DNA of 61,972 nucleotides, the filler included, from Nitrospinae bacterium RIFCSPLOWO2_12_FULL_45_22 (GTDB taxonomy: Bacteria; 2-12-FULL-45-22), in NCBI GenBank assembly GCA_001803565.1. It is 6 parts of 6 records of this genome, joined end to end, with 100 filler letters (N's around TTAATTAATTAA, not from the genome) between each part and the next. Parts side by side here need not be neighbours in the genome. Positions count along the whole stretch, not along the records: positions 39,014 to 55,137 come from MHDQ01000014.1; positions 55,238 to 61,972 come from MHDQ01000037.1; 4 more parts are not named here. One strand, 5' to 3'. Shown one piece after another: positions 50,862 to 59,766 of this stretch. A model generated the notes under the pieces. That model saw nothing but the letters and a program-made list of their open reading frames with translations, was not told where the DNA came from and searched no databases. The position numbers and the translations under genes were made by a program. The stretch's first letter is position 1. Every line of letters begins with the position of its first letter.

Positions 50862-51770
50862 TTAATCGAGCAGGTATGAGACGGGGACAATTTCGATCCC
50901 AGAGGTCTTGAGTTTGGGCAGGGTCTTGCTTAAGGCCGAAATAGTACTGGGATGCGGGTGGGCAATGGCTATCACCCCCTTCCTTCCATTTGTGCTTTTG
51001 GCAAGTCTTCCCAGCGCCATGATCTGTTTAATTATGGCTTCTTCGGTCTGATTATTATCAAGAAAGATCTGCCGCTGGTTGGCTCTCAATCCCATCGCCT
51101 TAGCTAGCCTATAAGCTACCGAATCTTTACTGGTACGGCTATCAATAAAAAAGAGTCCTTGCTCTTTTAAGACTTTTAGTACCGGCCTCATCTTGTCCGG
51201 GTATTCGGTAAATTTGGAACCCATATGATTATTAACCCCTATAATATCGGGAATCTGCTCTAGACAAGCCCTGGTCTTCTTTAATAAGGTTTGTTCGTCC
51301 ATATCTGTTAACAGGATGTCCGGATACAGTTTATTTCTGGAATAGCCGTGAGGTTCCATAGGGAGATGGAGCAGGACTTCACGGTGATGCTTCTTAGCCA
51401 ATCGGGCAATGGTAAGCGAATGAGGCAGAGATGGGAGTATGGATAAGGTTAAGGGAAAATCCATTTGTAGAAGGGATTGGGCAGCAGCTTCATCTATACC
51501 AAGATCATCAATTAATATAGCTATTCGGGCAGGGGCCGTTTTTGGTAATGGTGGAGGCAAAGGGGGTAACTCTTTTTTTGGTGGAGTTATCTTGGTCGGC
51601 GAAAGGGTTGCTGGTGGTTTGGCCTGGTAGTAGGGTTTAATATGTTCTCCGGGTTTAGGAAGAACCTTGAGGAGAGCTATCCCCCCTATTAGTAAAGTTA
51701 TCCCGATAAAGATTATCCCCCGGGGAGTCCGGCCTTTGCTGCCAGCCCTCTTTCGCTTTTTCTTTGCCAT
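50862..51770 (-). CDS. Divergent polysaccharide deacetylase (YibQ-like)
   Basis: IDDLG, HLPMEP, NNHMGS, DSRT, FLDN, AHP. Confidence 0.92.
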   Translation of the reverse strand: MAKKKRKRAGSKGRTPRGIIFIGITLLIGGIALLKVLPKPGEHIKPYYQAKPPATLSPTKITPPKKELPPLPPPLPKTAPARIAILIDDLGIDEAAAQSLLQMDFPLTLSILPSLPHSLTIARLAKKHHREVLLHLPMEPHGYSRNKLYPDILLTDMDEQTLLKKTRACLEQIPDIIGVNNHMGSKFTEYPDKMRPVLKVLKEQGLFFIDSRTSKDSVAYRLAKAMGLRANQRQIFLDNNQTEEAIIKQIMALGRLAKSTNGRKGVIAIAHPHPSTISALSKTLPKLKTSGIEIVPVSYLLD

Positions 51771-51800
51771 CCTATCTTAATTTGTGACTTGCCTTAATTC

Positions 51801-53138
51801 CTATGCTCCCTTGATCCGTTGGGCGATGGGGTTAGATTTTTTGAAGGTATCCCAGTTCTTGAGGATATCAAGGGCCTTATGGAGCTGGATATCTTTACTC
51901 TCCTCAGGGATCTCATGGCCGATTGTGGCTGGTTCCTCTTCTCCTTCACCCCCCTCTATTATCTTGCCCTCCATATGTTCCTTTAATTCTTTCTCCCGCA
52001 TGACCCGGGCCTTGGCGGATTCTTTCCCACCCGGGGGGAGGCTATCTATCACAATGTCTGGTTCAATGCCTTTTTCCTGGATGGAACGGCCTTTCGGGGT
52101 ATAGTATTTAGCAGTAGTGAGCCGTAGTCCAGAACCATCACTCAGGGGAATAATCGTCTGCACCGAACCTTTACCAAAGGTCTTAGCGCCTACGAGTATA
52201 GCCCGTCCTATATCCTGTAAGGCACCGGCTACTATCTCCGAGGCACTGGCACTGCCAGCATTTACTAAAATAACCATAGGAGACTCCAGGTGAGGTTTTC
52301 TGCCCTTGGAAGAAAAGCGCAGGTTTTGGTTCTCCGTACGGCCTTTGGTATAGACAATCAGTTCCCCTTTTTCTAAAAAGAAATCAGTGACCGTTACCGC
52401 CTGATCGAGCAATCCCCCTGGATTGTTTCGTAAATCCAGAATAAACCCTTTCAATTTTTTCTCCTTTAATTCCTTAAGGGCCTTCTCTAATTCACTATCA
52501 GTAGTTTTGTTGAAGTTAGTAATACGTATATAGCCGATATTATCTTTCTTCATCTGCCACTTTACACTCTTTATCTTGATTATTGCCCGGGTAATAGCAA
52601 AATCTTTTGGCTCAGTAAATCCCTCCCGCATTATAGTTATAGTCACTTTGGTCCCGCTGGGGCCCCTCATCTTATGCACGGCATCTATTAGACTCATTCC
52701 TTTGGTCGGCTCGCCATTGACCTTCATTATCCTATCACCCGCTTTAATACCAGCCTGTTGAGCCGGTGTCTCCTCTATGGGTGAGACGACCGTCAATTGG
52801 TCATCCTTCATGGTAATCTCTATACCGATGCCGCCAAAGCTCCCTTCGGTCTCTACCTGCATCTCTTTATACATCTCTGGGGGCATAAAAGCCGAATGGG
52901 GGTCTAGAGTCCGGAGCATACCCACAATGGCCCCTCGTACTAATTCTTCCGGCTTAACTTCTTCGACATAATGGCTCTGGACTAAGGATAGTACCTCAGA
53001 AAAGGTCTTCAGGTCTTGATAAGCCTCTCCTTTGGCCAGGACTTTATTAATAATCAGGATATTGCTTACCAGGAAAAACAGTACGGCTGCTACCAACCCC
53101 CAGCACAAAAACCTTAATTCTTTTGTCCTCTTATTCAT
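51801..53138 (-). CDS. ctpA: C-terminal processing protease S41
   Basis: LDPHS, PDZ, DLRNNPGG, SASASEI, TFGKGSVQ. Confidence 0.95.
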   Translation of the reverse strand: MNKRTKELRFLCWGLVAAVLFFLVSNILIINKVLAKGEAYQDLKTFSEVLSLVQSHYVEEVKPEELVRGAIVGMLRTLDPHSAFMPPEMYKEMQVETEGSFGGIGIEITMKDDQLTVVSPIEETPAQQAGIKAGDRIMKVNGEPTKGMSLIDAVHKMRGPSGTKVTITIMREGFTEPKDFAITRAIIKIKSVKWQMKKDNIGYIRITNFNKTTDSELEKALKELKEKKLKGFILDLRNNPGGLLDQAVTVTDFFLEKGELIVYTKGRTENQNLRFSSKGRKPHLESPMVILVNAGSASASEIVAGALQDIGRAILVGAKTFGKGSVQTIIPLSDGSGLRLTTAKYYTPKGRSIQEKGIEPDIVIDSLPPGGKESAKARVMREKELKEHMEGKIIEGGEGEEEPATIGHEIPEESKDIQLHKALDILKNWDTFKKSNPIAQRIKGA

Positions 53139-53176
53139 CTTTATCTCTCCTCCGCTAGATCATTGATACTTATCCT

Positions 53177-53412
53177 AACTTGATTGCATAGGAATTTCAT
53201 TTTGGACACAGATGAACACAGATTATACTGCTTAGGGAATACAGTAGTCAGAAGCCAGTATGAACGGAACAATCACCTTTATAGAACAAAGAACTAAGAA
53301 CCAAGAGCTAAGATAAGGAGCCGGGGGTCTTTGCTCTTTGCTCTGTGTTCTTTGCTCTGAATTCTGACTCCTGAATTCTAGTCATCTGTGCGAATCTGCG
53401 GAAATCTGCGTA
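53177..53412. repeat. Nested palindromic repeats with a MITE end
   Basis: TAACTTGATTGCATAGGAATTTCATTT (inverse copy at about 20760-20787); CACAGAT/ATCTGTG and AAGAGC/GCTCTT arms. Confidence 0.65.
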
Positions 53413-53423
53413 CTAATTAATTT

Positions 53424-53566
53424 GGGTGTGGCTATTTTCTGTCAAAATTCAATTAACCCTGTAGTGGCAGAGCCGGGTACCCTTTGGGTGCTGCGAGGAA
53501 TGTCGAGCAAGCTCGACCACTACAAATTGTATTATATAGGCGTTATGACAAAGAATAGCCACACTT
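53424..53566. mobile_element. ISKra4-derived MITE with 9-bp TSD
   Basis: GGGTGTGGCTATTTTCTGTCA / TGACAAAGAATAGCCACACTT; AATTAATTT on both sides. Confidence 0.88.
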
Positions 53567-53584
53567 AATTAATTTCACCTATTA

Positions 53585-54790
53585 TCACGGTTTTTTAGCG
53601 AGCCAGTGCAGAGGGTTTTCGGGATTCCCATGATGCCTGATCTCAAAATATAATGACGCACCAATCAGTGAACCACTATCTCCCAGGGCAGCTACTGGTT
53701 GACCCTTTTTAATAAGCTCCCTTACTTTCACATATATATTGGATAGATGGGCATAAAGCGAATAGTAACCCTCCCCATGGTCAATGATGAGCAGGTTCCC
53801 ATAACCCCTGACCCAATCGGCAAAGAGTACCTTACCGGAGTCAATAGACAGTATAGAGCTACCTAACTGGGCTCTAATATCAATCCCTTTATTAAATATA
53901 TAATAATTGAATCGAGGATGCTTTACTCGACCAAAAAAAGTAATTATTTCCCCTTTAACCGGCCAGGATAAATTTCCTTTCTTTGCCCGGAAGTCTCTAG
54001 TGACAAATTCGTTTTTATCCTGGCTTTGTAAGCCTTTTACCAGGGCAGAGAGCTTCTTAGAGGCTTCTTTGAATTCCTTTTGGGTCTCTTCATAAATTTT
54101 CCTCTCATCCTTTATAGTGGCTAAGAGTTGTTCTTTAGCGGTTTTTTCTTGCTCAATAGCCCCTTTTTGCCTTAAGACCCTCTCTTTATAAAGCCTAATC
54201 CGTTCCTGTTTTTTTTGCAAGGCTATTTGGTTTTTCAAGGCTACTGCCTGTGTCTTCTCATCCTGAGTAATGGAGCCAATATCAGATAATATTGATTCCT
54301 GTAAATATTTCCTTAACAGAAATGAGCTGTTGTCGGGGGATGAGATGGGGTTAGAATATCGGCTTATTTTATAGAGTGCCCGGAGTTTCTTTCTTAGCAA
54401 AGATTTTTTCATTTTGAGTTTACCGCTATTCTGCGTAGTTAATCCCTCTAGCTCTTTCTCCTTTATCTCAGCGACCTTGAGGTTCCAATCATATATCTCC
54501 AACTCTTTTCCCATTATTTCTAGCCGCCGGTCTATTCTTTCTAGACGGGTTAAGATAGAGTGCTCCTTCTCTTTGTTCTGGGGCATATTTTCTTCCCAGC
54601 GGCCAATCTTGTCTTTTAATACAGCAAGTTTAGCCTCCTCCTGCCTTATCTTCTTTTCCATATCTGCCTGGGAAAAGGCGGCCAAAGCGGCAGGATAAAA
54701 AATTAACCCTGCTATTAACCAGAAACCCTTTGATCTCCTGAGTTTATTTGTATAGCTACCCATCATCTCTTTTTGTAACCATTTAGCCAA
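53585..54790 (-). CDS. envC: Murein hydrolase activator EnvC / M23 family
   Basis: Signal, long coiled coil, degenerate M23 (NKGIDI, SLYAHL, LYFEIR); start uncertain. Confidence 0.85.
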   Translation of the reverse strand: MAKWLQKEMMGSYTNKLRRSKGFWLIAGLIFYPAALAAFSQADMEKKIRQEEAKLAVLKDKIGRWEENMPQNKEKEHSILTRLERIDRRLEIMGKELEIYDWNLKVAEIKEKELEGLTTQNSGKLKMKKSLLRKKLRALYKISRYSNPISSPDNSSFLLRKYLQESILSDIGSITQDEKTQAVALKNQIALQKKQERIRLYKERVLRQKGAIEQEKTAKEQLLATIKDERKIYEETQKEFKEASKKLSALVKGLQSQDKNEFVTRDFRAKKGNLSWPVKGEIITFFGRVKHPRFNYYIFNKGIDIRAQLGSSILSIDSGKVLFADWVRGYGNLLIIDHGEGYYSLYAHLSNIYVKVRELIKKGQPVAALGDSGSLIGASLYFEIRHHGNPENPLHWLAKKP

Positions 54791-54969
54791 ATTAAGATCA
54801 TAATAACCGTTTAGCTACAAAAAGGCCCATAAGGCGCAAGAGAATTTCTGGTACCTTTGTAACCACAAAGACACAAAGATCACAAAGAATTGTATCTCGT
54901 GACCGTGCCCATTGCTCGTGTCTGTTGTAACCACTACGGTCACGGATCACGGACACGTCCTACGTTCTT

Positions 54970-55137
54970 TCACATTTTTTGCAGAGCTAGCCAGCTACTC
55001 CAGCTTCCCAATAACGTACCTCCGGCTATCAAGCCATAACTCATACCAGGGGAGAGAAATGTGATAGGGATGGAAGCTAAAAACTGGTAGGAGTCTTTCT
55101 CGCAATAAAAAAAATATAAGAGGAACGATTTATAGAG
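54970..55137 (-). CDS. ftsX: C-terminus of FtsX-like permease
   Basis: ...ITFLSPGMSYGLIAGGTLLGSWSSWLALQKM*; synteny with envC-ctpA-yibQ. Confidence 0.65.
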   Translation of the reverse strand, partial: LYKSFLLYFFYCEKDSYQFLASIPITFLSPGMSYGLIAGGTLLGSWSSWLALQKM

Positions 55138-55237
55138 NNNNNNNNNNNNNNNNNNNNNNNNNNNNNNNNNNNNNNNNNNNNTTAATTAATTAANNNNNNN
55201 NNNNNNNNNNNNNNNNNNNNNNNNNNNNNNNNNNNNN
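55138..55237. other. Artificial contig linker
   Basis: N-run with TTAATTAATTAA. Confidence 0.99.
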
Positions 55238-57366
55238 TCTAATACTGCCCCAATAGCTACTGATTTCAAGACCTTTGGGGAAACCCGCGAGAGACTTAAG
55301 AGGTCTTCGGTAATATTAGTGATCCTATCCACTTCTTTAATTACTAAGGGCAAAAATACCTCCCTAAAACCTTGGTCCTGGTACTTATCCGGCAACACCT
55401 GGCAAAAGGTCTTTATGGAAACCAGAGGATTCCTTATCTCATGGGCTACCCTGGCCGCCATAGATCCCACGGTGGCTAATTTTTCCCGCTGCCTAACCTC
55501 TTCTTCTAAGCGACTGATTTCTGTAATATCAGAAAAAACCAATAAACCGCCTGAAATCTCTCCTTCTCTATCTTTAATGCAGGAGGAAGATATACTCAGT
55601 ATCTTCTTCTCTTTCATAGCGGTTAAATTAAAGGGGAGAGTCTTATTATAATATCTCTGCCCGCGCAAAGTTTGTCGAAACATATTAGCTATTTTGTCGC
55701 CCAGACGATCAATCTTTTGGCCCAAAATAGCCTGGGGCTCCAGGTCCAGGATTTCTCCCGCCCTGGAGTTAAAAGTGACCACAATGCCCTCGGGATTGGC
55801 AGCAATCACCCCACTATCCATCTGCTGTAAGATCATCTCGTAATTATTCCGCATAACCAACACTTCATTATATAGCTTGGCATTCTCCAGGGCAAGTCCC
55901 GCTTCATTCCTTATGGCCTCCAACAAGTTAATATCATCATCGGAATAGATACCACCCTTCAACTTACTACCCAGGCTAATGATCCCTTTCAGCTCACCCC
56001 GGTATATCAAGGGAATTAACAATTTACTGGAAAGTCTATGGAAATCCTGGGCCATGGCATGGCTCTCCTTTTCCGGCAAAAACCTGGATAATTCGTCCAA
56101 GACAAGAATCTCTTGCCTCTCTCTTAATCGTTTGCAGGCAGGGCTGTCTATCGGAATATTTTTCCCTCCCGAAAATAATTCTTTCACCCTCAGCCTTTCC
56201 CCCTCCCCTGGAAGGAGGGGAGAAGGGGTAATTTTCATTGCCCTTTGTGGCCCCTGGCTCATGAATGTTTCCTGTGAAGAGTCTTTTTCCGGGGGGTAAG
56301 TCGTTACGGACCGGTATTCTTCCTGTTTATCGTCTAAAAGTAGAAGGGAGACCTTATCAATCCTCATTATCTGCCCTATTCTTTCTACAATAAAATTTTC
56401 CAGCCGGGGTAGATCTAAGATAGTAGTAAGTTGGTGGCTGAAATCCTTCAGGGCTATTTGATAGCCGAAGATATCTTTAAAGAATATTCTCTTAACCCAA
56501 GTATCTAAATTTTGCTGAAAGACCCCTATTAGGATAGTTAAGATTATAGCCGAGAAAAGAATGGAAAGAGGCTTAGGGAGGTGAAGAATATTGTAAAGGA
56601 AATAATCCAGGGCCAACAATAAGCTGAAAATTCCCAGGACTGCTACTATGAGCGATAAAGTCCGGCTGACAACCACCTCTATCTCTAATAACCTATGCCT
56701 AATAATGGCATAGGTTATTAGAGAGGCGATAAATATACTTGATAAATTACCAAGATAAAAATATTTACCACTATGAGTTATGAAAGGCAAATACCCGGCA
56801 AGGAATCCACCAATTGGAAAAATAATTCCAAAGGCAAAAACCAAATATTTGATCTGTAATTGTTCTAATCCTCTTTTTACCTTTTTGTACCTTTGGACCA
56901 GTTTAATGATGCCAAAACCCTGGATAACTGATATGTAAAAAACATAGATCTTATAACCGGGGGCAAGGACGGTGTCGTTGCCCCATGGTCTTAAAACAAT
57001 GTCTTTCATGACCAAAGGGGTAAAACCAAGGGCTGAAAAAACTAATCCAATGAGAAAAACAGGTAATGTCTTGATAAGAATAGGTTTAGATCTATCTTCT
57101 TGGCAAAATATGATAATAAAAGCAATACTGACGGCTCCAGAAAAACCACCCAAGAAAAAGGCCATCCTGCCCGCTAAGATAAGCAACTCCCTACTTGAAA
57201 GAACCTCAAAGAGAAAGGCAGATAAGCTCCACAAAGAAAGCGAAAAGGCGTAAGCGGCGAAAGAGCGATTAATATTGCTTTGTGGTCTCTTAGCTAAGAC
57301 GTAAAACCCCAGAATAATATTAATAATAGCCGATAATATTAAAGAAGACTCTTTGAAGTATAACAA
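55238..57366 (-). CDS. Histidine kinase with N-terminal HisKA_7TM-like membrane region, GAF, PAS, HisKA (C-terminus cut)
   Basis: Multi-TM N-terminus with YAIIRHRLLEI, GAF (LGSK..G..YSDDD..LL), HEIRNPL. Confidence 0.88.
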
Positions 57367-57395
57367 AGAGATGCCCCCTTCTTATTATTTATAAA

Positions 57396-57545
57396 CAAGG
57401 CTAAAGCCCGATGGCGGTTTCTTCTTCAAAGTCCCTAAGTTATATGTTGATCTTATCAGGGCTAAAGACCTGAGTTACAGTAGCGTCTATGGCGCGTAAC
57501 TCAACCCTTTAGGGTTGATTATTGCCATTGGGCTTTAGCCTTGAC
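57396..57545. repeat. REP cluster downstream of RAYT
   Basis: AGGCTAAAGCC, CAGGGCTAAAGACCTGAGTTAC, GTAACTCAACCCTTTAGGGTTGA, GGGCTTTAGCCTTGA. Confidence 0.8.
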
Positions 57546-58023
57546 CTTTAAAGTCATAAACTAAAGAACCACTATAAGGATATGCTCTACAGTCCTCCAA
57601 CTGCCCTCTTCTTACAGGATTTCCCAGGATATAAAGGGCTATTGACATTTTATCCTCTTCCTTTCTAAGAACATGATCGTAATAGCTCAAATGCTAAATG
57701 GGTCCTTGATACTTTTGTTTGAACCAGTAACCACTCTTTTGCTTAAAAAGGTTTACAAACCTCGCAAGATCAGATTTAGTATTTCTACCACTGAGTAAAA
57801 GGTGGAGATGATCTGGCATAAAACAATATGCCTCAATGTCAAACCCTTCTTTTTCTGAGACTTCCTTTGTGAAGTCTAAAAGGATGTTTACAATCTCAGG
57901 GTTCGTAAAGAGGGGTCTTCTGTCTTTAGTTAAAAGGGTGAGGAAATAGGTATAGGTGCCACGATAATTAAAGGAACTAAGTCGAGGTCTTTTAGGCAAC
58001 GGCATGTTTTTGTCTAATCCCAT
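57535..58023 (-). pseudogene. REP-associated tyrosine transposase (RAYT) with in-frame amber stop
   Basis: YFLTLLT, AYCFMPDHLHLL, FKQ, then QGPI*HLSYYDHVLR...YILGNPVR..YPYSG in the same frame. Confidence 0.88.
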
Positions 58024-58043
58024 TGTGTGTCCCTTGGTGCAGG

Positions 58044-58093
58044 TCAAGGCTTTAGCCTTGATGAAAGAGATCAACCCTGAAGGGTTGAGTTAC
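58044..58093. repeat. REP pair upstream of RAYT
   Basis: TCAAGGCTTTAGCCTTGA and TCAACCCTGAAGGGTTGAGTTAC. Confidence 0.85.
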
Positions 58094-58114
58094 GTTTTAC
58101 TCAGGACTGAACGC

Positions 58115-59338
58115 TTATACTTTTTGTATCACGGCGCAGGCCTCAGAGCCTCCCATGCCCCCGGATAATACTAAAACCCTATCCACCCTATTGATCCGAT
58201 AATGGTTGGGGACATAATCCAGATCGCATTGAGGGTCTGGATACTCGTAATTTATCGTAGGAGGGATGATCCCTTCTCTTAAGCTCAAGAGGGAGGCGAT
58301 TACCTGGCTTGGTCCGGAGGCTAGCCCGGGATTACCGATCATAGATTTTATGGCACTCACCGGGATATTATAGGCCTGGGGACCAAAGGCTTGCTTGATG
58401 CCTAAGGTTTCATTCAGATCTAATAGGGGATGGGAAGGGGCATGGGTGCTGATGTAGTCAATCTCTGGAGGTAAGACCCGGGCCCTTTCCAGGGTCTGCC
58501 GGATAGTATCGGCCCAACCCTCTCCCTGCCTGATCCCAGTGCGGTTTGCCTTTTCAATGGCCAAGACCTCTCCATAGATCGGGGCCTTCCGCAGCCGGGC
58601 ATCATCCAGCCTTTCCAAAACTACAAAGGCCGCCCCCTCTGAGTATACTACCCCGTCCCTTTTTCTATCAAAGGGCCGGCTGGCCTTCTCTGGATGGGTA
58701 TTCTGTTTGGTCAAGATGCCGGCCGCACAAAAAAGACTAAAGGCATAGGGTGTAATGGTTGAACTGATGCCCCCGGATAAAGCGAGGTCTAGTTTCCTAT
58801 CTCTGATCAGGCGGAATGCCTCGCCAATGGCCATCAGTCCGCCAGCACAGTCATTGGCCAAAGTTGAAGATAGGGCCTCAATCTTAAACAATTGGGCAAT
58901 GGTGCTGGCAGGGGTATGGACCCTTATCATAGAAAGGGTGTGCGGGTCAATAAACTTAGGAGAACCCTTCTCTTTAAAATGGCAAAACTGTTCCTCAAAC
59001 TTATCCAAAACTTGGGTTGTAAACCCTAAACTTAATCCCAATCTGCGACCATCATCCCGCCAATTAGTTAGTCCCGCGTCCTCTAAGGCCATCTTTGCCG
59101 CGGCCACACCAAATTGAGTAGCCCGGCCCATCCTTCGGGCCTCTTTCTCTTCCATATAGATTAATGGGTTAAACCCCTTTACCTCTCCAGCGATCTGGCA
59201 GGAATATTCCCTGGGATCAAAGGCCGTGATCCGCGCAATCCCCGACCGGCCTTCTTTTAATGCCTGCCAGAATGCCTCTTTACCGATACCCACCGGCGAG
59301 ACTATCCCTACCCCGGTTATTACTACCCGCTGCTCCAT
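58115..59338 (-). CDS. FabF-like beta-ketoacyl synthase with atypical active site
   Basis: RVVITGVG, SRPFD..RDG; NDCAGG, THAPSH, KSMIGNP. Confidence 0.85.
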   Translation of the reverse strand: MEQRVVITGVGIVSPVGIGKEAFWQALKEGRSGIARITAFDPREYSCQIAGEVKGFNPLIYMEEKEARRMGRATQFGVAAAKMALEDAGLTNWRDDGRRLGLSLGFTTQVLDKFEEQFCHFKEKGSPKFIDPHTLSMIRVHTPASTIAQLFKIEALSSTLANDCAGGLMAIGEAFRLIRDRKLDLALSGGISSTITPYAFSLFCAAGILTKQNTHPEKASRPFDRKRDGVVYSEGAAFVVLERLDDARLRKAPIYGEVLAIEKANRTGIRQGEGWADTIRQTLERARVLPPEIDYISTHAPSHPLLDLNETLGIKQAFGPQAYNIPVSAIKSMIGNPGLASGPSQVIASLLSLREGIIPPTINYEYPDPQCDLDYVPNHYRINRVDRVLVLSGGMGGSEACAVIQKV

Positions 59339-59413
59339 ATAATATTCCCTTTCTTATTAAAATACCCTCACCCTTACCCTCTCCTCTTGGGGGAGAGGGT
59401 AAATAACCCCAAT

Positions 59414-59716
59414 TTAAGTTGCTCTATTACCACCGGCTACTGGTGGGAAAAATGAAATGATATCGCCATCACAAAGTTTAGTATTCAGATCATCTAATTG
59501 ATGCAGGTCTCTACCACCTAACAATACTCGGTAATAAGATCGGACTTTACCGCTATTTTTATCTATCACCGCATCTTTAAAGGATGGGCTTAATCTTTTT
59601 GTCAATTCTTCAATAGCATCTAACACAGTAGAATCCGGGGTAAGCTCAATAGTCAACTCTTTTTCTTTTAAGATCTCTTTGAGTTGAAAAAATGGTCTAA
59701 CCTTTATCCTTATCAT
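59414..59716 (-). CDS. moaD: MoaD/ThiS-family sulfur carrier
   Basis: L.DGD.ISFFPPVAGG; follows aor. Confidence 0.85.
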   Translation of the reverse strand: MIRIKVRPFFQLKEILKEKELTIELTPDSTVLDAIEELTKRLSPSFKDAVIDKNSGKVRSYYRVLLGGRDLHQLDDLNTKLCDGDIISFFPPVAGGNRAT

Positions 59717-59766
59717 TTGTTAATACTCAGCCTTTTTATTTGCGTGTTTTTTGCGCCTTTTTGTGG

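Noticed and set aside
50770-50863. 6S RNA-like ncRNA
   Set aside because: No long closing stem seen; the end TAACTTGAATCC matches a repeat end at about 1434, so it is more likely MITE debris
53177-53412. CRISPR array among the short intergenic repeats
   Set aside because: The repeats are inverted and nested, with no regular repeat-spacer period and no cas genes
57694-57696. Pyrrolysine read-through of the RAYT amber codon
   Set aside because: The position is a conserved Trp, one transition explains it, and no pyl genes are visible
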